Below, piece after piece: positions 45,604 to 56,363 of a stretch of DNA of 64,000 bases. The DNA comes from an uncultured Bifidobacterium sp. (GTDB lineage Bacteria; Actinomycetota; Actinomycetes; S36-B12; UBA5976). The position numbers were made by a program, and so were the translations under genes. The stretch spans positions 91,708 to 155,707 of the forward strand of contig CAZZKM010000001.1 of assembly GCA_964655115.1 (NCBI GenBank), written 5' to 3'. The notes under the pieces are model-generated. The model was given only the letters and a program-made list of their open reading frames with translations. It was not told where the DNA came from and searched no databases. Every line of letters starts with the position of its first letter. The first letter of the stretch is position 1.

Positions 45604-47823
45604 GTGTCTCTTACTCAATCGGCTTTAGATGATTTAAATCCTCAGCAAAAAGCTGCGGTTATGCATCAAGGCTCTCCCTTACTAATTGTGGCTGGCGCAG
45701 GATCTGGGAAAACTCGAGTTCTAACCAGAAGAATTGCTTATTTATTAAGTGATCTAGGAGTTTCTCCTCAAGAAATTCTGGCTATTACTTTTACAAATAA
45801 AGCCGCAGGAGAGATGAAAGAAAGAGTTTTAGACCTAGTTGGCAACAAAGCGAAATTGATGCAAGTTTCAACATTTCACTCAGCGTGTGTTCGATTCTTA
45901 AGAGCAGATGCTCAAAGGCTAGGTCGTACTTCAACTTTTTCAATCTATGATTCGCAAGATTCCTTACGCTTAATAACCATGGTTGCAGCTGGACTAGAAA
46001 TTAATTCAAAAGTATTAAGCCCTAGATCTTTAGCAGCACAAATATCTAATGCCAAAAGTGAATTAATTGATCATGAAACCTATATGAGTAAAGCTGAAAC
46101 TGAGCAAGAAAGATTAGTAGGACAAGTTTATTCAGAATATGATCAAAGATTAGCTAGAGCTAATGCATTTGATTTTGATGATTTAATCGGTGCCACAGTT
46201 GCACTATTACAACTTTTTCCAGATATTAAACAAAAGTATCGTCACAGATTTAAACATATTTTGGTTGATGAATATCAAGACACAAATCATGCTCAATATA
46301 TTTTGATTAAAGAATTAGTTGGTTCTGAAAAAGATGGATTACTTCCAGCAGAACTTTGTGTTGTTGGGGATGCTGATCAATCAATCTATGCATTTCGGGG
46401 AGCCACAATCAGAAATATTGAAGAATTTGAGAGAGATTATCCCAATGCAAAAACTATATTATTAGAACAAAATTATCGATCTACTCAAAATATTTTAACT
46501 GCAGCAAATTCTGTCATTTCACAAAATGCAGAAAGAAGAGAGAAAAAACTTTGGACAGACGCAGGCCAAGGTGAACCAATTGTTGGCTATGTTGCTGACA
46601 ATGAACACGATGAAGCATCTTTTGTTGCTTTAGAAATAGAAAAATTACGAGAAGAGTTTGAATACAAATATGGACAAATTTCAGTTTTTTATAGAACTAA
46701 TAATCAATCAAGAGCTTTTGAAGAAGTATTTATAAGAATTGGTATTCCTTACAGAGTTGTTGGGGGATTAAAGTTTTATGAAAGAAAAGAAGTTAAAGAT
46801 GTCTTAGCTTATTTAAGAGCAGTTATTAATTTTGATGATGAATTATCAATAAGAAGAATAATTAATGTTCCTAAAAGAGGTATTGGAGAAAAAGCAGAAG
46901 AATTAATTGATTCATTTGCTAGAAAAAATAAACTAACATATGGCCAAGCTATTCAAAATGCTGAAAAAATAAGTGAACTTACCCCTAAAGCAAGAGCTGC
47001 GTTAATTGATTTTGCCCAAATGATGAATGTATTTCGAGAGATGTTTTTAAAAGATGCTAAACCTTCAGAGATAGTTCATACAGTTTTAGAGAAATCAAGC
47101 TACTTAGAAATTTTATTTAATTCAGAAGATCCTCAAGATCAAAGTAGAGTTGAAAATCTTACTGAACTTGAATCAGTTGCAAGAGAATTCGAAAACTCAA
47201 ATAGTGCTGGAGAAAATGGATTAGCTCAGTTTTTAGAACATGTTTCGCTTGTTGCTGATTCAGATGATGTGCCAGGAAACAACGAAGGACTAGTTACTTT
47301 GATGACACTTCACACTGCAAAAGGTTTGGAATTTCCAATTACTTTTTTAACTGGTATGGAAGAAGGAATTTTTCCACATTCAAGATCGCAAGTTAATGAT
47401 AAAGAATTAGCTGAAGAAAGAAGACTTGCTTATGTTGGAATTACAAGAGCTAGAGAAAGACTTTATGTCACAAGATCTATTTCTCGATCTGTATGGGGAG
47501 CGCCTTCTTATAATTCAAGTTCAAGATTTTTAGATGAAATTCCTGCTTCTTTAATTAGTTGGCAAAGACTTGAACCTATGAATCAAAGTTACTCCTCAAG
47601 TGGTTTTGGAGCAGCACCTTCTATGGTTAAAGCAAGTAAACCAAGAGTTGAAAAACAATATTTAGTTTTAAATCCAGGAGATAAAGTTTTACATGAAAGA
47701 TTTGGTCTAGGCACAGTTAAAGAAACTGCTGGAAGTGGTGAAGGTTCTGAAGCCACAATTGATTTTGGATCTCACGGCACAAAGCGATTACTACTTAGAT
47801 ATGCACCAGTTGAAAAACTTTAA
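45604..47823 (+). CDS. pcrA: ATP-dependent DNA helicase PcrA (UvrD family)
   Basis: 739 aa with AGAGSGKT, ILVDEYQDTN, QNYRST, TLHTAKGLEF and VGITRA, plus a C-terminal Tudor-like tail. Confidence 0.9.
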   Translation: MSLTQSALDDLNPQQKAAVMHQGSPLLIVAGAGSGKTRVLTRRIAYLLSDLGVSPQEILAITFTNKAAGEMKERVLDLVGNKAKLMQVSTFHSACVRFLRADAQRLGRTSTFSIYDSQDSLRLITMVAAGLEINSKVLSPRSLAAQISNAKSELIDHETYMSKAETEQERLVGQVYSEYDQRLARANAFDFDDLIGATVALLQLFPDIKQKYRHRFKHILVDEYQDTNHAQYILIKELVGSEKDGLLPAELCVVGDADQSIYAFRGATIRNIEEFERDYPNAKTILLEQNYRSTQNILTAANSVISQNAERREKKLWTDAGQGEPIVGYVADNEHDEASFVALEIEKLREEFEYKYGQISVFYRTNNQSRAFEEVFIRIGIPYRVVGGLKFYERKEVKDVLAYLRAVINFDDELSIRRIINVPKRGIGEKAEELIDSFARKNKLTYGQAIQNAEKISELTPKARAALIDFAQMMNVFREMFLKDAKPSEIVHTVLEKSSYLEILFNSEDPQDQSRVENLTELESVAREFENSNSAGENGLAQFLEHVSLVADSDDVPGNNEGLVTLMTLHTAKGLEFPITFLTGMEEGIFPHSRSQVNDKELAEERRLAYVGITRARERLYVTRSISRSVWGAPSYNSSSRFLDEIPASLISWQRLEPMNQSYSSSGFGAAPSMVKASKPRVEKQYLVLNPGDKVLHERFGLGTVKETAGSGEGSEATIDFGSHGTKRLLLRYAPVEKL

Positions 47824-48555
47824 TTAATCTTTACCCCAAAGCCAAACCCAAGGATTTCTAAAACTTCCATTGACTAAAACTTCAAAATGTAAGTGTGCGC
47901 CAAATGCTTTTCCAGATGCTCCGATATTTCCAATTCTTTGTCCAACATCTACTTCATCTCCTGCATTAACTCTTATGCGAGATAAATGTGCATATCTTGT
48001 TACTGCACCGTCTGGATGTTTAATTTCAATTGTTCTTCCGTAAGAAGGACGCCAACCTGTGAATAAAACAGTTCCAACTCTTGCTGCATAAACTGGATCA
48101 CCGTAATTGCCATTGAAATCTGTTCCAGTGTGCCATCCTAAATCCCAAATTCTTCCTCTTCTTCCATACGGAACAGAAATTCTTGCTCGAGCAGGATTAA
48201 CTGTGTATTTAGCTCTTAAGGCACGTCTTTCTGCTGCTTGCTTTGCTTTTTCAGCTGCAATTCTTGCTTGTTCTCTTGCTGCAATTACTGCTGCTTGATC
48301 TTTAAATCTTTGAATTTTTTCAACTGTGGCAGGAGCACCTAATTTTGCAGTTATTGGTTTTTCAATAATTGGTAACTCAGCAGCACCGACATCTTGATTT
48401 GCAACTGATAATTCTTGTGGCGCATCAGCAACAACTACTGGATCACTTGATGCAGAAAAATTAGATGGCAAAGCCATTGCAATGGTTAAACCAATTGCAA
48501 CTACCAGGATTCCACCTGAGAGCCAACGATTATTTGGTGCTTTCAGTTTCATCAT
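47824..48555 (-). CDS. M23-family metallopeptidase with N-terminal anchor and Ala/Lys/Arg-rich coiled segment
   Basis: 243 aa with HTGTDF and GAHLHFEV zinc motifs. Its stop abuts the pcrA stop with no gap. Confidence 0.85.
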   Translation of the reverse strand: MMKLKAPNNRWLSGGILVVAIGLTIAMALPSNFSASSDPVVVADAPQELSVANQDVGAAELPIIEKPITAKLGAPATVEKIQRFKDQAAVIAAREQARIAAEKAKQAAERRALRAKYTVNPARARISVPYGRRGRIWDLGWHTGTDFNGNYGDPVYAARVGTVLFTGWRPSYGRTIEIKHPDGAVTRYAHLSRIRVNAGDEVDVGQRIGNIGASGKAFGAHLHFEVLVNGSFRNPWVWLWGKD

Positions 48556-48814
48556 CGTCTACTCAACCATGCCAGATGTCACATCTGTAACACACGGGGT
48601 TCGAGATTTATCTCATTTGTAGTTCAAAAGCGATGGGCTCTCGCTCAAAATCTTGACTAGGCTTATCCAATAAATAATCAATTTTATCAATTTTTCTCAG
48701 AATTCTTTAAGGTTAGATTTATAATTTTCTCAACTTTAACCCTTTTAATAAGAAGTAAGATGAAGGATTATCAATTTGAAACAAATTATTTTCCTCATCA
48801 GAAAAGAAAAGAGA

Positions 48815-49192
48815 ATGCAAATGCAATTAAGTAAAAAAATAGTTTCAATAGCACTTGGAACTCTTTTGATTTCTGGTTTAAGTGCAAATGCTGCATTGGC
48901 TGATACTCAAAGTCAAGAAGCAAAAGCACAATACAGATCTCAAATTACCGCATTCAAAACTGCAAATACGGCTTACAAAGAAGCAAGAGCTTCTATAAAA
49001 GCTACTTTTGCAAATGCAAAAGCAAGTGCTCTTGCAACTAAAAATGCTGCTCTCTCAGCTGCGACTACTGAAGAGCAAAAAGTTCAAGCAAGAACTGCAT
49101 TTAAAGAAGCAATTGCACAAGCAAAAGCAACAAGAGACCAGGCTCTAGCTGCTCTTGGTGCAAAACCAGTTAAACCAGCAAGACCAAGTTAA
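48815..49192 (+). CDS. small secreted Ala/Lys-rich helical protein, unknown function
   Basis: Track ORF 48776..49192. The signal peptide MQMQLSKKIVSIALGTLLISGLSANAALA begins at the ATG at 48815. The mature part is a repetitive A/K/T helix (TAFKTANTAYKEA, TAFKEAIAQAKA). Confidence 0.5.
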   Translation: MQMQLSKKIVSIALGTLLISGLSANAALADTQSQEAKAQYRSQITAFKTANTAYKEARASIKATFANAKASALATKNAALSAATTEEQKVQARTAFKEAIAQAKATRDQALAALGAKPVKPARPS

Positions 49193-49198
49193 TAAGAA

Positions 49199-49235
49199 TT
49201 TCTAGCCCTATGGATCAAAACCATAGGGCTAGAAA
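49199..49235 (+). terminator. 15-bp hairpin terminator
   Basis: TTTCTAGCCCTATGG-ATCAAAA-CCATAGGGCTAGAAA followed by TTAAATTT. Confidence 0.6.
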
Positions 49236-49286
49236 TTAAATTTAAACATTTTAAATTTAACTTTTTATCAAAGTAAAAAGGAGTAC

Positions 49287-50012
49287 GTGCAAAGTATCTT
49301 GCGAAACAAATCTAATAGATTAGATCGCGTGAAAACCTCCCTAGCTCGAATTCTTGTTGTGGAAGACGAGACTTCACTTAATGATCTACTGCAAGATGCT
49401 TTGCGAATGAATGGATATGAAACCATTTCAGCAAAGCATGGACTTGAAGCTTTAAGACTCGTAAGAGACGATAAACCAGATCTTGTAATTCTAGATATAA
49501 ATATGCCTCAAATGGATGGCTTTGAAGTCTTGAAAAAATTGAGAAAAGAAAATAACGATATTCCAGTAATAGTGCTTACCGCTAGGGATCAAAAAGATGA
49601 TAAAGCAATTGGATTTGGACTTGGTGCTGATGATTTTGTCACAAAACCATTTGGTCTTGAAGAGTTACTTATGAGAGTTGCTGCAGTTTTGCGAAGATTT
49701 AAGAAAAATGAACCAATTAATAATCTTTTAAGCATAGGTAATCTGGAATTAGATCTTCATAAATATAGATTAAAAATTAATAACAAAGAAGTTGAAATTT
49801 CTCCAACTGAATTTAAATTACTTCAGTATTTAATGACAAACTCTGGAAGAGTATTAACTAGAGAACAGATATTAAGCGCTGTTTGGGGATTAGATTTTGA
49901 AACAGATGGTGCAATTCTTGATACATATATTTCTTATTTAAGAAAAAAAATAGGAGTAAATGCAAATATTAGAACTGTTAGAGGAATCGGATATCAGATA
50001 GAAGCGTCATGA
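49287..50012 (+). CDS. OmpR/PhoB-family response regulator
   Basis: 241 aa, GTG start after AAAGGAG. Receiver domain (VVEDE, DLVILDINMP, LTAR, KPF) plus a winged helix (VRGIGYQ). Confidence 0.9.
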   Translation: MQSILRNKSNRLDRVKTSLARILVVEDETSLNDLLQDALRMNGYETISAKHGLEALRLVRDDKPDLVILDINMPQMDGFEVLKKLRKENNDIPVIVLTARDQKDDKAIGFGLGADDFVTKPFGLEELLMRVAAVLRRFKKNEPINNLLSIGNLELDLHKYRLKINNKEVEISPTEFKLLQYLMTNSGRVLTREQILSAVWGLDFETDGAILDTYISYLRKKIGVNANIRTVRGIGYQIEAS

Positions 50013-51328
50013 AATTAAGAACTCAAATTTCCTTAATGGTTGCAATACTTTCTGCAATTCCAGTTTTTGTATTAGGTGGCGTAGCGATTTTTAATGCTCA
50101 AAGATCTTTTAATAATGCAATAGATAATTCTTTGATAGAAACCATAAAAGAACCAAGATTATTAAAAGAATTAAGAGGTAATTTAGTTTCTCCCATTAGA
50201 GGATTGGCAGACTCATTTATTTCTATTGCGCGTTATGAAAATGACGGAAGTTTGACGGTCTTAAGGTCTGCAGGAAATTTATCTGATGACGATTTATTTC
50301 CAGAGTTAACGAATGAGCAAATCAGTCAAGCCAATCAAAGAATTATTACTGTGAAGGATGACGGGGAATATAGAGTTCTTGCATTTGAAAGTAAAAAAAA
50401 TGAGATTTTTGTTCTAGCAGCATCACTTGAGGGTGCGCAAGAGTCAATAAAAGAAGTTATTAGTAGAACTCTTTTTGCAGCAATTGCTATTTCTCTTCTT
50501 AGTGGAACGCTGGCTTGGTTTTTCGTTTCTCGAATTTTCAAACCAATAAATCAAATCGTAGATTCAGCTCATTCTGTTGCATTAGGAAATTTTGCTCAAA
50601 ATATGCCAGTTGCAAAATCTGGGACAGAATTTGGTGAATTAACAAGTGCTATAAACAAAATGCTTAATTCGTTAAAACAATTTGTTTCTGATGCATCTCA
50701 TGAATTGCGTACTCCCTTGACTGTAATTCGGGGATATTCAGAACTGTTACAAAAACCAAATTTAAATAAAGAACAACACGATAGGGCAGTTGCAAGGATT
50801 GAAACTGAGAGTTTAAGAATGGAGAAATTAGTAAAGGATCTATTAACTTTGACTAGAGAAGATGAAATTAATTTACAATCGTTTAGCTCTATTAATCTAA
50901 GTCAAATTTTAAGGGAGTATTTAGAAGACTTAAAAATCCAAAATCCAAATCGAGAAATAAATAACTTATTGGCAAAAGATATAATCATCAATGCAAATGA
51001 AGATTCATTACGACAACTATTTTCAAATATTGTTCAAAACATAGTTAGACACACTCCAAATGATTCGATTATCGAAATAAGTTCAGTAGAAAAAGCTGAT
51101 TCGATTGAAATAATTATTGATGACTCTGGGCCAGGAATACCAGAACATTTAAGGGATCAGGTTTTCGAAAGATTTTCTCGCCTTGATGACTCAAGGTCTA
51201 GAGACACAGGAGGATTTGGTCTTGGAATGAGCATCATTAAAGCTGTTATGGATAAACATAAGGGAGATGTAAAACTTGAGGCTTCAAAATTTAATGGTCT
51301 TCGAATTAGATTAAATTTCCCTAAATAG
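50009..51328 (+). CDS. sensor histidine kinase (2 TM, HAMP, HisKA, HATPase_c)
   Basis: 439 aa with H-box SHELRTPLT, and the N and G boxes (DDSGPGIP, GGFGLGMSI). 4-nt overlap with the regulator gene. Confidence 0.85.
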   Translation: MKLRTQISLMVAILSAIPVFVLGGVAIFNAQRSFNNAIDNSLIETIKEPRLLKELRGNLVSPIRGLADSFISIARYENDGSLTVLRSAGNLSDDDLFPELTNEQISQANQRIITVKDDGEYRVLAFESKKNEIFVLAASLEGAQESIKEVISRTLFAAIAISLLSGTLAWFFVSRIFKPINQIVDSAHSVALGNFAQNMPVAKSGTEFGELTSAINKMLNSLKQFVSDASHELRTPLTVIRGYSELLQKPNLNKEQHDRAVARIETESLRMEKLVKDLLTLTREDEINLQSFSSINLSQILREYLEDLKIQNPNREINNLLAKDIIINANEDSLRQLFSNIVQNIVRHTPNDSIIEISSVEKADSIEIIIDDSGPGIPEHLRDQVFERFSRLDDSRSRDTGGFGLGMSIIKAVMDKHKGDVKLEASKFNGLRIRLNFPK

Positions 51329-51473
51329 AATTAAAAAATTCCTCAGTAGACCCAGTGCAACAAATGCTTTGTGGAATAAAAAAGTAAATAAATAGTCTCA
51401 ATAAAGATTCAATTGAGGGACTCAATAGGATTATCTAGGCTTATATAACTATTAGGGAGTTTGACAAAAAATC

Positions 51474-52652
51474 GTGGATTTGTACGAATATCAAGCAAAA
51501 GAGTTATTTGCTCTTAATCAAATTTCTACCCAAGTTGGAAAAGTTGTTACTAATGCAGAAGATGCAAAAAAAGCAGCAGAGGATTTTAATAAACCAGTAG
51601 TTGTCAAAGCACAAGTTAAAACTGGAGGTAGAGGAAAAGCAGGTGGGGTAAAACTTGCCAATAATCCAGAAGAAGCATTTGAAAAAGCTAAAAACATTTT
51701 AGGTTTAGACATCAAAGGTCATATTGTTAAAAAAGTTCTTATTACTCCAGCAGAAGATATCAAAGAAGAATATTATGTTTCATTTTTACTAGATAGAACT
51801 AACAGAACATTTTTAGCTATGGCAAGTGTGGCAGGTGGAATGGACATTGAAGAAGTTGCTGCAAAGACTCCAGAAAAGCTTGCAAAAATTTCGATTAATC
51901 CAATCACGGGTGTAGATCAAATTAAAGCAAAAGAAATTGCTCAAAAAGCAGGTATTCCCACAGAAGTTCTAACTCAAGTAGCTGAATTAATTGAAAAAAT
52001 GTGGAAAGCCTTTATAGAAGTTGATGCAACATTAATTGAAATAAATCCATTGGTAAGAACAAACGATGATCGAATAATTGCTTTAGATGGAAAAGTAACC
52101 CTTGATGATAACGCTTTATTTAGACATCCTGATTTTGAAAAATTCATAGATACAGCAAATGTTGATCCATTAGAAACAAGAGCAAAAGAAAAAGATTTAA
52201 ATTATGTAAAACTTGATGGATCTGTGGGAATTATTGGAAATGGCGCAGGTTTAGTTATGAGCACTTTAGATGTGGTTGCTTATGCCGGTGAAAAATTTGG
52301 GCAAGTAAAACCAGCAAATTTTCTAGACATAGGTGGTGGTGCATCTGCTCAAGTTATGGCAGATGGTCTAGGAATAATTTTGTCAGATCAATCAGTTAAA
52401 TCAGTTTTTGTAAACGTTTTTGGTGGAATCACAGCATGCGATGCAGTTGCAAACGGAATCGTTCAAGCTTTAGAAATACTAAAAAATGATTCAACCATTA
52501 AACCAAGACCAATAGTGGTTCGTCTTGATGGAAATAATGCGCAAGAAGGATTAAGAATTCTAAAAAGTGCAAACATTGAAAATGTAGAAATAGTTGACAC
52601 TATGGATAATGCAGCAGCAAAAGCTGCACAACTTGCAGCAGGTGTTAAATAA
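51474..52652 (+). CDS. sucC: succinate--CoA ligase (ADP-forming) subunit beta
   Basis: 392 aa, GTG start, [12 protein letters not shown]...[10 protein letters not shown]... Confidence 0.95.
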   Translation: MDLYEYQAKELFALNQISTQVGKVVTNAEDAKKAAEDFNKPVVVKAQVKTGGRGKAGGVKLANNPEEAFEKAKNILGLDIKGHIVKKVLITPAEDIKEEYYVSFLLDRTNRTFLAMASVAGGMDIEEVAAKTPEKLAKISINPITGVDQIKAKEIAQKAGIPTEVLTQVAELIEKMWKAFIEVDATLIEINPLVRTNDDRIIALDGKVTLDDNALFRHPDFEKFIDTANVDPLETRAKEKDLNYVKLDGSVGIIGNGAGLVMSTLDVVAYAGEKFGQVKPANFLDIGGGASAQVMADGLGIILSDQSVKSVFVNVFGGITACDAVANGIVQALEILKNDSTIKPRPIVVRLDGNNAQEGLRILKSANIENVEIVDTMDNAAAKAAQLAAGVK

Positions 52653-53530
52653 TGGCAATTTTCTTAGACCAAAACAGCAAAGTTATTGTTCAAGGCATGA
52701 CTGGTGCTGAAGGGAAAAAACATAGTGAACGAATGATTAAATCTGGAACTCAAATAGTTGCAGGAGTAACACCTGGAAAAGGTGGGCAAACTTTAGAAGT
52801 TGCAGGTAAAAATCTTCCCATTTTTAATTCAGTTAATGAAGCAATGGATCAAACAGGTGCAAATGTTTCGGTAGTTTTTGTTCCACCGAAATTTGCAAAA
52901 GCTGCAGTGATTGAAGCAGTGGATGCATTCATGCCTTTAGTTGTAGTAATTACTGAAGGAATACCAGTTCATGACACCGCAAACTTTTTTGCACATTCTC
53001 AAAAAGTTGGGAAAACAAGAATTATCGGTCCAAATTGTCCTGGAATAATTTCACCAAGTTTAAGTAATGCTGGAATAATTCCTGCAGATATAACTAATAA
53101 AGGAATAATTGGTTTAGTTTCTAAATCAGGAACACTTACTTATCAAATGATGTATGAATTAAGAGATTTAGGTTTTACGACTGCAATCGGAATTGGGGGA
53201 GACCCAATAATTGGAACAACTCATATTGATGCTTTACGTGAATTTGAAAAAGATCCTGACACAAAAGCAATTGTGATGATTGGTGAAATTGGTGGAGATG
53301 CTGAAGAAAGAGCTGCAGATTTTATTAAAGAAAATATAACTAAACCTGTCGTTGCCTATGTAGCCGGTTTTACTGCACCTGAAGGTAAAACCATGGGACA
53401 TGCTGGAGCAATTGTCTCTGGATCTAGTGGAACAGCAGAAGCCAAAAAAATTGCTTTAGAAAAAGTTGGAGTTAAAGTTGGTAAAACTCCAAGTGAAACA
53501 GCACTTTTGTTACGCGCAGCCATAAAATAA
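52652..53530 (+). CDS. sucD: succinate--CoA ligase subunit alpha
   Basis: 292 aa with [17 protein letters not shown] and the GHAGAIVSG phospho-His motif. Confidence 0.95.
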   Translation: MAIFLDQNSKVIVQGMTGAEGKKHSERMIKSGTQIVAGVTPGKGGQTLEVAGKNLPIFNSVNEAMDQTGANVSVVFVPPKFAKAAVIEAVDAFMPLVVVITEGIPVHDTANFFAHSQKVGKTRIIGPNCPGIISPSLSNAGIIPADITNKGIIGLVSKSGTLTYQMMYELRDLGFTTAIGIGGDPIIGTTHIDALREFEKDPDTKAIVMIGEIGGDAEERAADFIKENITKPVVAYVAGFTAPEGKTMGHAGAIVSGSSGTAEAKKIALEKVGVKVGKTPSETALLLRAAIK

Positions 53531-53533
53531 ATT

Positions 53534-54727
53534 GTGGCTGATTCACCAGTTCAACGACATAACGTTGTAGTTGCTGGCTTACTCGTTACATTCTGGACTT
53601 TTTTAATTACTTTTGGTTTATCTGTGACTTTAGTATTTACAACTTGGATTCTTGCTGGAGATAGATCTAGTTCTTTGACAGATGCTTTCAAAGTTGTGGT
53701 GTGGGGATTTCTAGCAATGCAAGGAGTTCCTTTAGTAATAAATTCGGTTACTTTATCTTTACCATTTCTGGGTTTTATTTTTATAACTTTAATTTCTCTT
53801 TATAGGTCTTCTAGATGGGCAATAAGATCTGCTTTACATGAAGAGATGAAACGACCAACCTTAATTTCTCTTTTAGTTGTAAGTATTGCTTCTATTTCAT
53901 ATGGATTAGTTATAGCTTTATTGAGATTTTTAGTTAGTCCAGAAAATATTAACTGGCTAGAGGTAATGCTCAAACCTTCTATCATGGTTATTTCAATGTC
54001 TATTTTGGCTGTTGGCACAGTTGGTGGCACGTGGTCTTTAATCTTTGACGATTTAGATGAGCCGATAAAAAGAATAATTAAATTAATTTTTAGATTTAGT
54101 TTATTTACTTTATTGGTTTCGATGATCTTAATTTTTGTAGCTATTGGGTTTAATTATGAAAATATGCTTTTAATGCAATCTTCACTACTTGGGGGAATAG
54201 TGGCAATAATTGCCGTAGTTATTTCTGGAATCGGGTGGTTTCCAAACTTTATTCTCTGGGGTTGGGCATTTTTAACTAATTCCACAATAATTTTAGGAAC
54301 AGGATCAAGTATTAATTTAAATTCGGTAACTATTGCACAGTTGCCTGCTTGGCCTTGGTTTGGTTTAGTGCCAACAATTTTGCCAAGCTATATGAAATAT
54401 CTTTATCTGATTCCCATACTTTTTGGAATTCTTATGGCTATAAGTACAAGAAATAAGAATCCTGGAATTTGGATTGTCTCTGCAATATTTGTTTCTCTTG
54501 GCACAGCAAGTGCTATTTCTTTATTAAGTTTCTTAAGTACAGGTTCATTGGGTAGCAATCTTTTACTTAACTTTGGAGTAAGTTCTCGAGAAGTTTTTCA
54601 AAAAAGTATGATTTGGTTTTTAATCGGAGAAACTATTTTTATTGCATTAGTTTTACTTTGGCAAAGTGCCAAAAATAGAAACAAAATTGAAGAGGACCAA
54701 GTAGATCCTAGGCTTTCTCAAAGTTAA
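53534..54727 (+). CDS. polytopic membrane protein (PerM/DUF6350-like by position)
   Basis: 397 aa with about 10 TM helices. It sits between sucD and purH, as perM does in M. tuberculosis. The assignment rests on synteny and topology only. Confidence 0.5.
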   Translation: MADSPVQRHNVVVAGLLVTFWTFLITFGLSVTLVFTTWILAGDRSSSLTDAFKVVVWGFLAMQGVPLVINSVTLSLPFLGFIFITLISLYRSSRWAIRSALHEEMKRPTLISLLVVSIASISYGLVIALLRFLVSPENINWLEVMLKPSIMVISMSILAVGTVGGTWSLIFDDLDEPIKRIIKLIFRFSLFTLLVSMILIFVAIGFNYENMLLMQSSLLGGIVAIIAVVISGIGWFPNFILWGWAFLTNSTIILGTGSSINLNSVTIAQLPAWPWFGLVPTILPSYMKYLYLIPILFGILMAISTRNKNPGIWIVSAIFVSLGTASAISLLSFLSTGSLGSNLLLNFGVSSREVFQKSMIWFLIGETIFIALVLLWQSAKNRNKIEEDQVDPRLSQS

Positions 54728-54815
54728 GCCACCTATTTCTGGCATCAAAAGTCTTGTAGGTAGGCTTCCTATGTCTAACTAATTGGAATGCTTTTGAAGG
54801 GAAATTTTTACCACT

Positions 54816-56363
54816 ATGTCTAATAAGAAATTGAGTAAAGCCTTAGTAAGTGTTTCCAATAAAGATGGTTTAGAGGACTTAGTAAAAGCCTTACATAGTA
54901 AAAATATTGAAATAGTCTCCACAGGTAAAACTGCAGAATTTATTTCTCAATTAAATATTCCAGTGACTAAAGTCAGTGAAGTTACAAATAGTGAAGAAAT
55001 ATTAAGTGGCAGAGTAAAAACTTTGCATCCTAATATTCATGGCGCAATTTTGGCAGATATAAATAATTCAGAACACAATCAAGAATTACAAAAAATGGGT
55101 GTAACACCATTTGATTTAGTAGTAGTAAATCTTTACCCATTCCTAGATACCGTTTCTTCTGGTGCAGATTTTGAAGATTGTATTGAGCAGATAGATATTG
55201 GGGGAGTGGCATTAATTAGAGCTGCAGCTAAAAATTTTGAGCATATCTCAGTAGTGGTTTCACCAAATGAATACAAAAACTTAATTGCGCAATTAGATTC
55301 TGGAATTTCCCGTGAACAAAGAATGCAATGGTCTGCAGAGGCCTTTTCTCACACAGCAACTTATGACACTTTGATCGCTAGATGGTTTTCGAGAAAAGTT
55401 ACAAATGAGCAAGATGCTCCTAAATGGGTAGGCGCCTCATTCAAACGAACTCAAGTTTTACGTTACGGAGAAAATCCGCATCAAACTGCGGCTTTGTATT
55501 CAGGTATTAGTTCCGAAAAAGGCATTGCACAAGCAAAGCAACTTGCTGGAAAAGAAATGTCTTATAACAATTTTATTGACGCCGATGCAGCTAGAAATGC
55601 TGCTTTTGATCACGTTGAACCTTGTGCAGTAATTATTAAGCATGCAAATCCATGTGGTCTTGCTATAGCATATGATTTAGCGTCAGCATTCGAAAAAGCT
55701 TTAGCGACAGATCCAATTTCAGCTTTTGGTGGAGTAATTGGAACAAATAGAAAAATAGATAAGAAAACTGCAAATTTAATTAATGATGTTTTTACAGAAG
55801 TCGTTGTAGCACCAGCGTTTGACGAAGATGCTTTAGAAATTTTGAAACAAAAAGGTAATTTAAGAATTCTCCAAATATCAGGACCACATATGGGCAAACG
55901 GGTTGAATGGCGAACTGTTTCAGGTGGAGTACTAATGCAAACAGTTGATGATGTTGAAGGTTACGGAGATGATCCTGAAGAATGGAAATTAGTTGCTGGA
56001 ACAAAAGCTAATGAAGATATTTTGAAAGATCTAGAATTTGCTTGGAGAAGTGTTCGAGCACCTAAATCAAATGCCATTGTTTTAGCAAAAGATGGCGCAA
56101 TGGTCGGGGTGGGAATGGGACAAGTAAACAGAGTTTCTGCTGCAAAACTTGCAGTAGAGGGTGCAAAAGAAAGATCAAAAAATAGTGTTGCAGCAAGTGA
56201 TGCGTTCTTTCCATTTGCAGATGCTTTAGAAGTTTTAATAAAGGCAGGAGTTACTGCCGTAGTTCATCCTGGTGGATCGAAAAATGATGAAGAAGTTATT
56301 GCTCTTGCAAAAAATGCAGGAATAACTATGTACTTAACTGGAGTTAGACATTTTTCTCATTGA
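54816..56363 (+). CDS. purH: bifunctional AICAR transformylase / IMP cyclohydrolase
   Basis: 515 aa with ALVSVSNKDG, GRVKTLHP, NLYPF and a C-terminal TGVRHFSH. Confidence 0.95.
   Translation: MSNKKLSKALVSVSNKDGLEDLVKALHSKNIEIVSTGKTAEFISQLNIPVTKVSEVTNSEEILSGRVKTLHPNIHGAILADINNSEHNQELQKMGVTPFDLVVVNLYPFLDTVSSGADFEDCIEQIDIGGVALIRAAAKNFEHISVVVSPNEYKNLIAQLDSGISREQRMQWSAEAFSHTATYDTLIARWFSRKVTNEQDAPKWVGASFKRTQVLRYGENPHQTAALYSGISSEKGIAQAKQLAGKEMSYNNFIDADAARNAAFDHVEPCAVIIKHANPCGLAIAYDLASAFEKALATDPISAFGGVIGTNRKIDKKTANLINDVFTEVVVAPAFDEDALEILKQKGNLRILQISGPHMGKRVEWRTVSGGVLMQTVDDVEGYGDDPEEWKLVAGTKANEDILKDLEFAWRSVRAPKSNAIVLAKDGAMVGVGMGQVNRVSAAKLAVEGAKERSKNSVAASDAFFPFADALEVLIKAGVTAVVHPGGSKNDEEVIALAKNAGITMYLTGVRHFSH

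Noticed and set aside
48556-48700. c-di-AMP (ydaO) riboswitch in the leader of the M23 peptidase, as seen for actinobacterial cell-wall hydrolases.
   Set aside because: I found only a short CGAACCCCG-like fragment and two small hairpins. The pseudo-symmetric ACGGGGA / GGUGAAUC / CCGAAUCC core elements are absent and the region is too short.
48760-48834. A 24-codon upstream ORF (MKDYQFETNYFPHQKRKENANAIK) overlapping the start of the secreted-protein gene.
   Set aside because: It has no SD and no recognisable peptide. It is most likely a chance ORF in AT-rich sequence, and coding cannot be supported from sequence alone.
54728-54815. ZTP (pfl) riboswitch upstream of purH.
   Set aside because: The spacer is only 88 nt and lacks the conserved CCGCCUGGGC-type 3' element and the GGGUCG-like 5' core.
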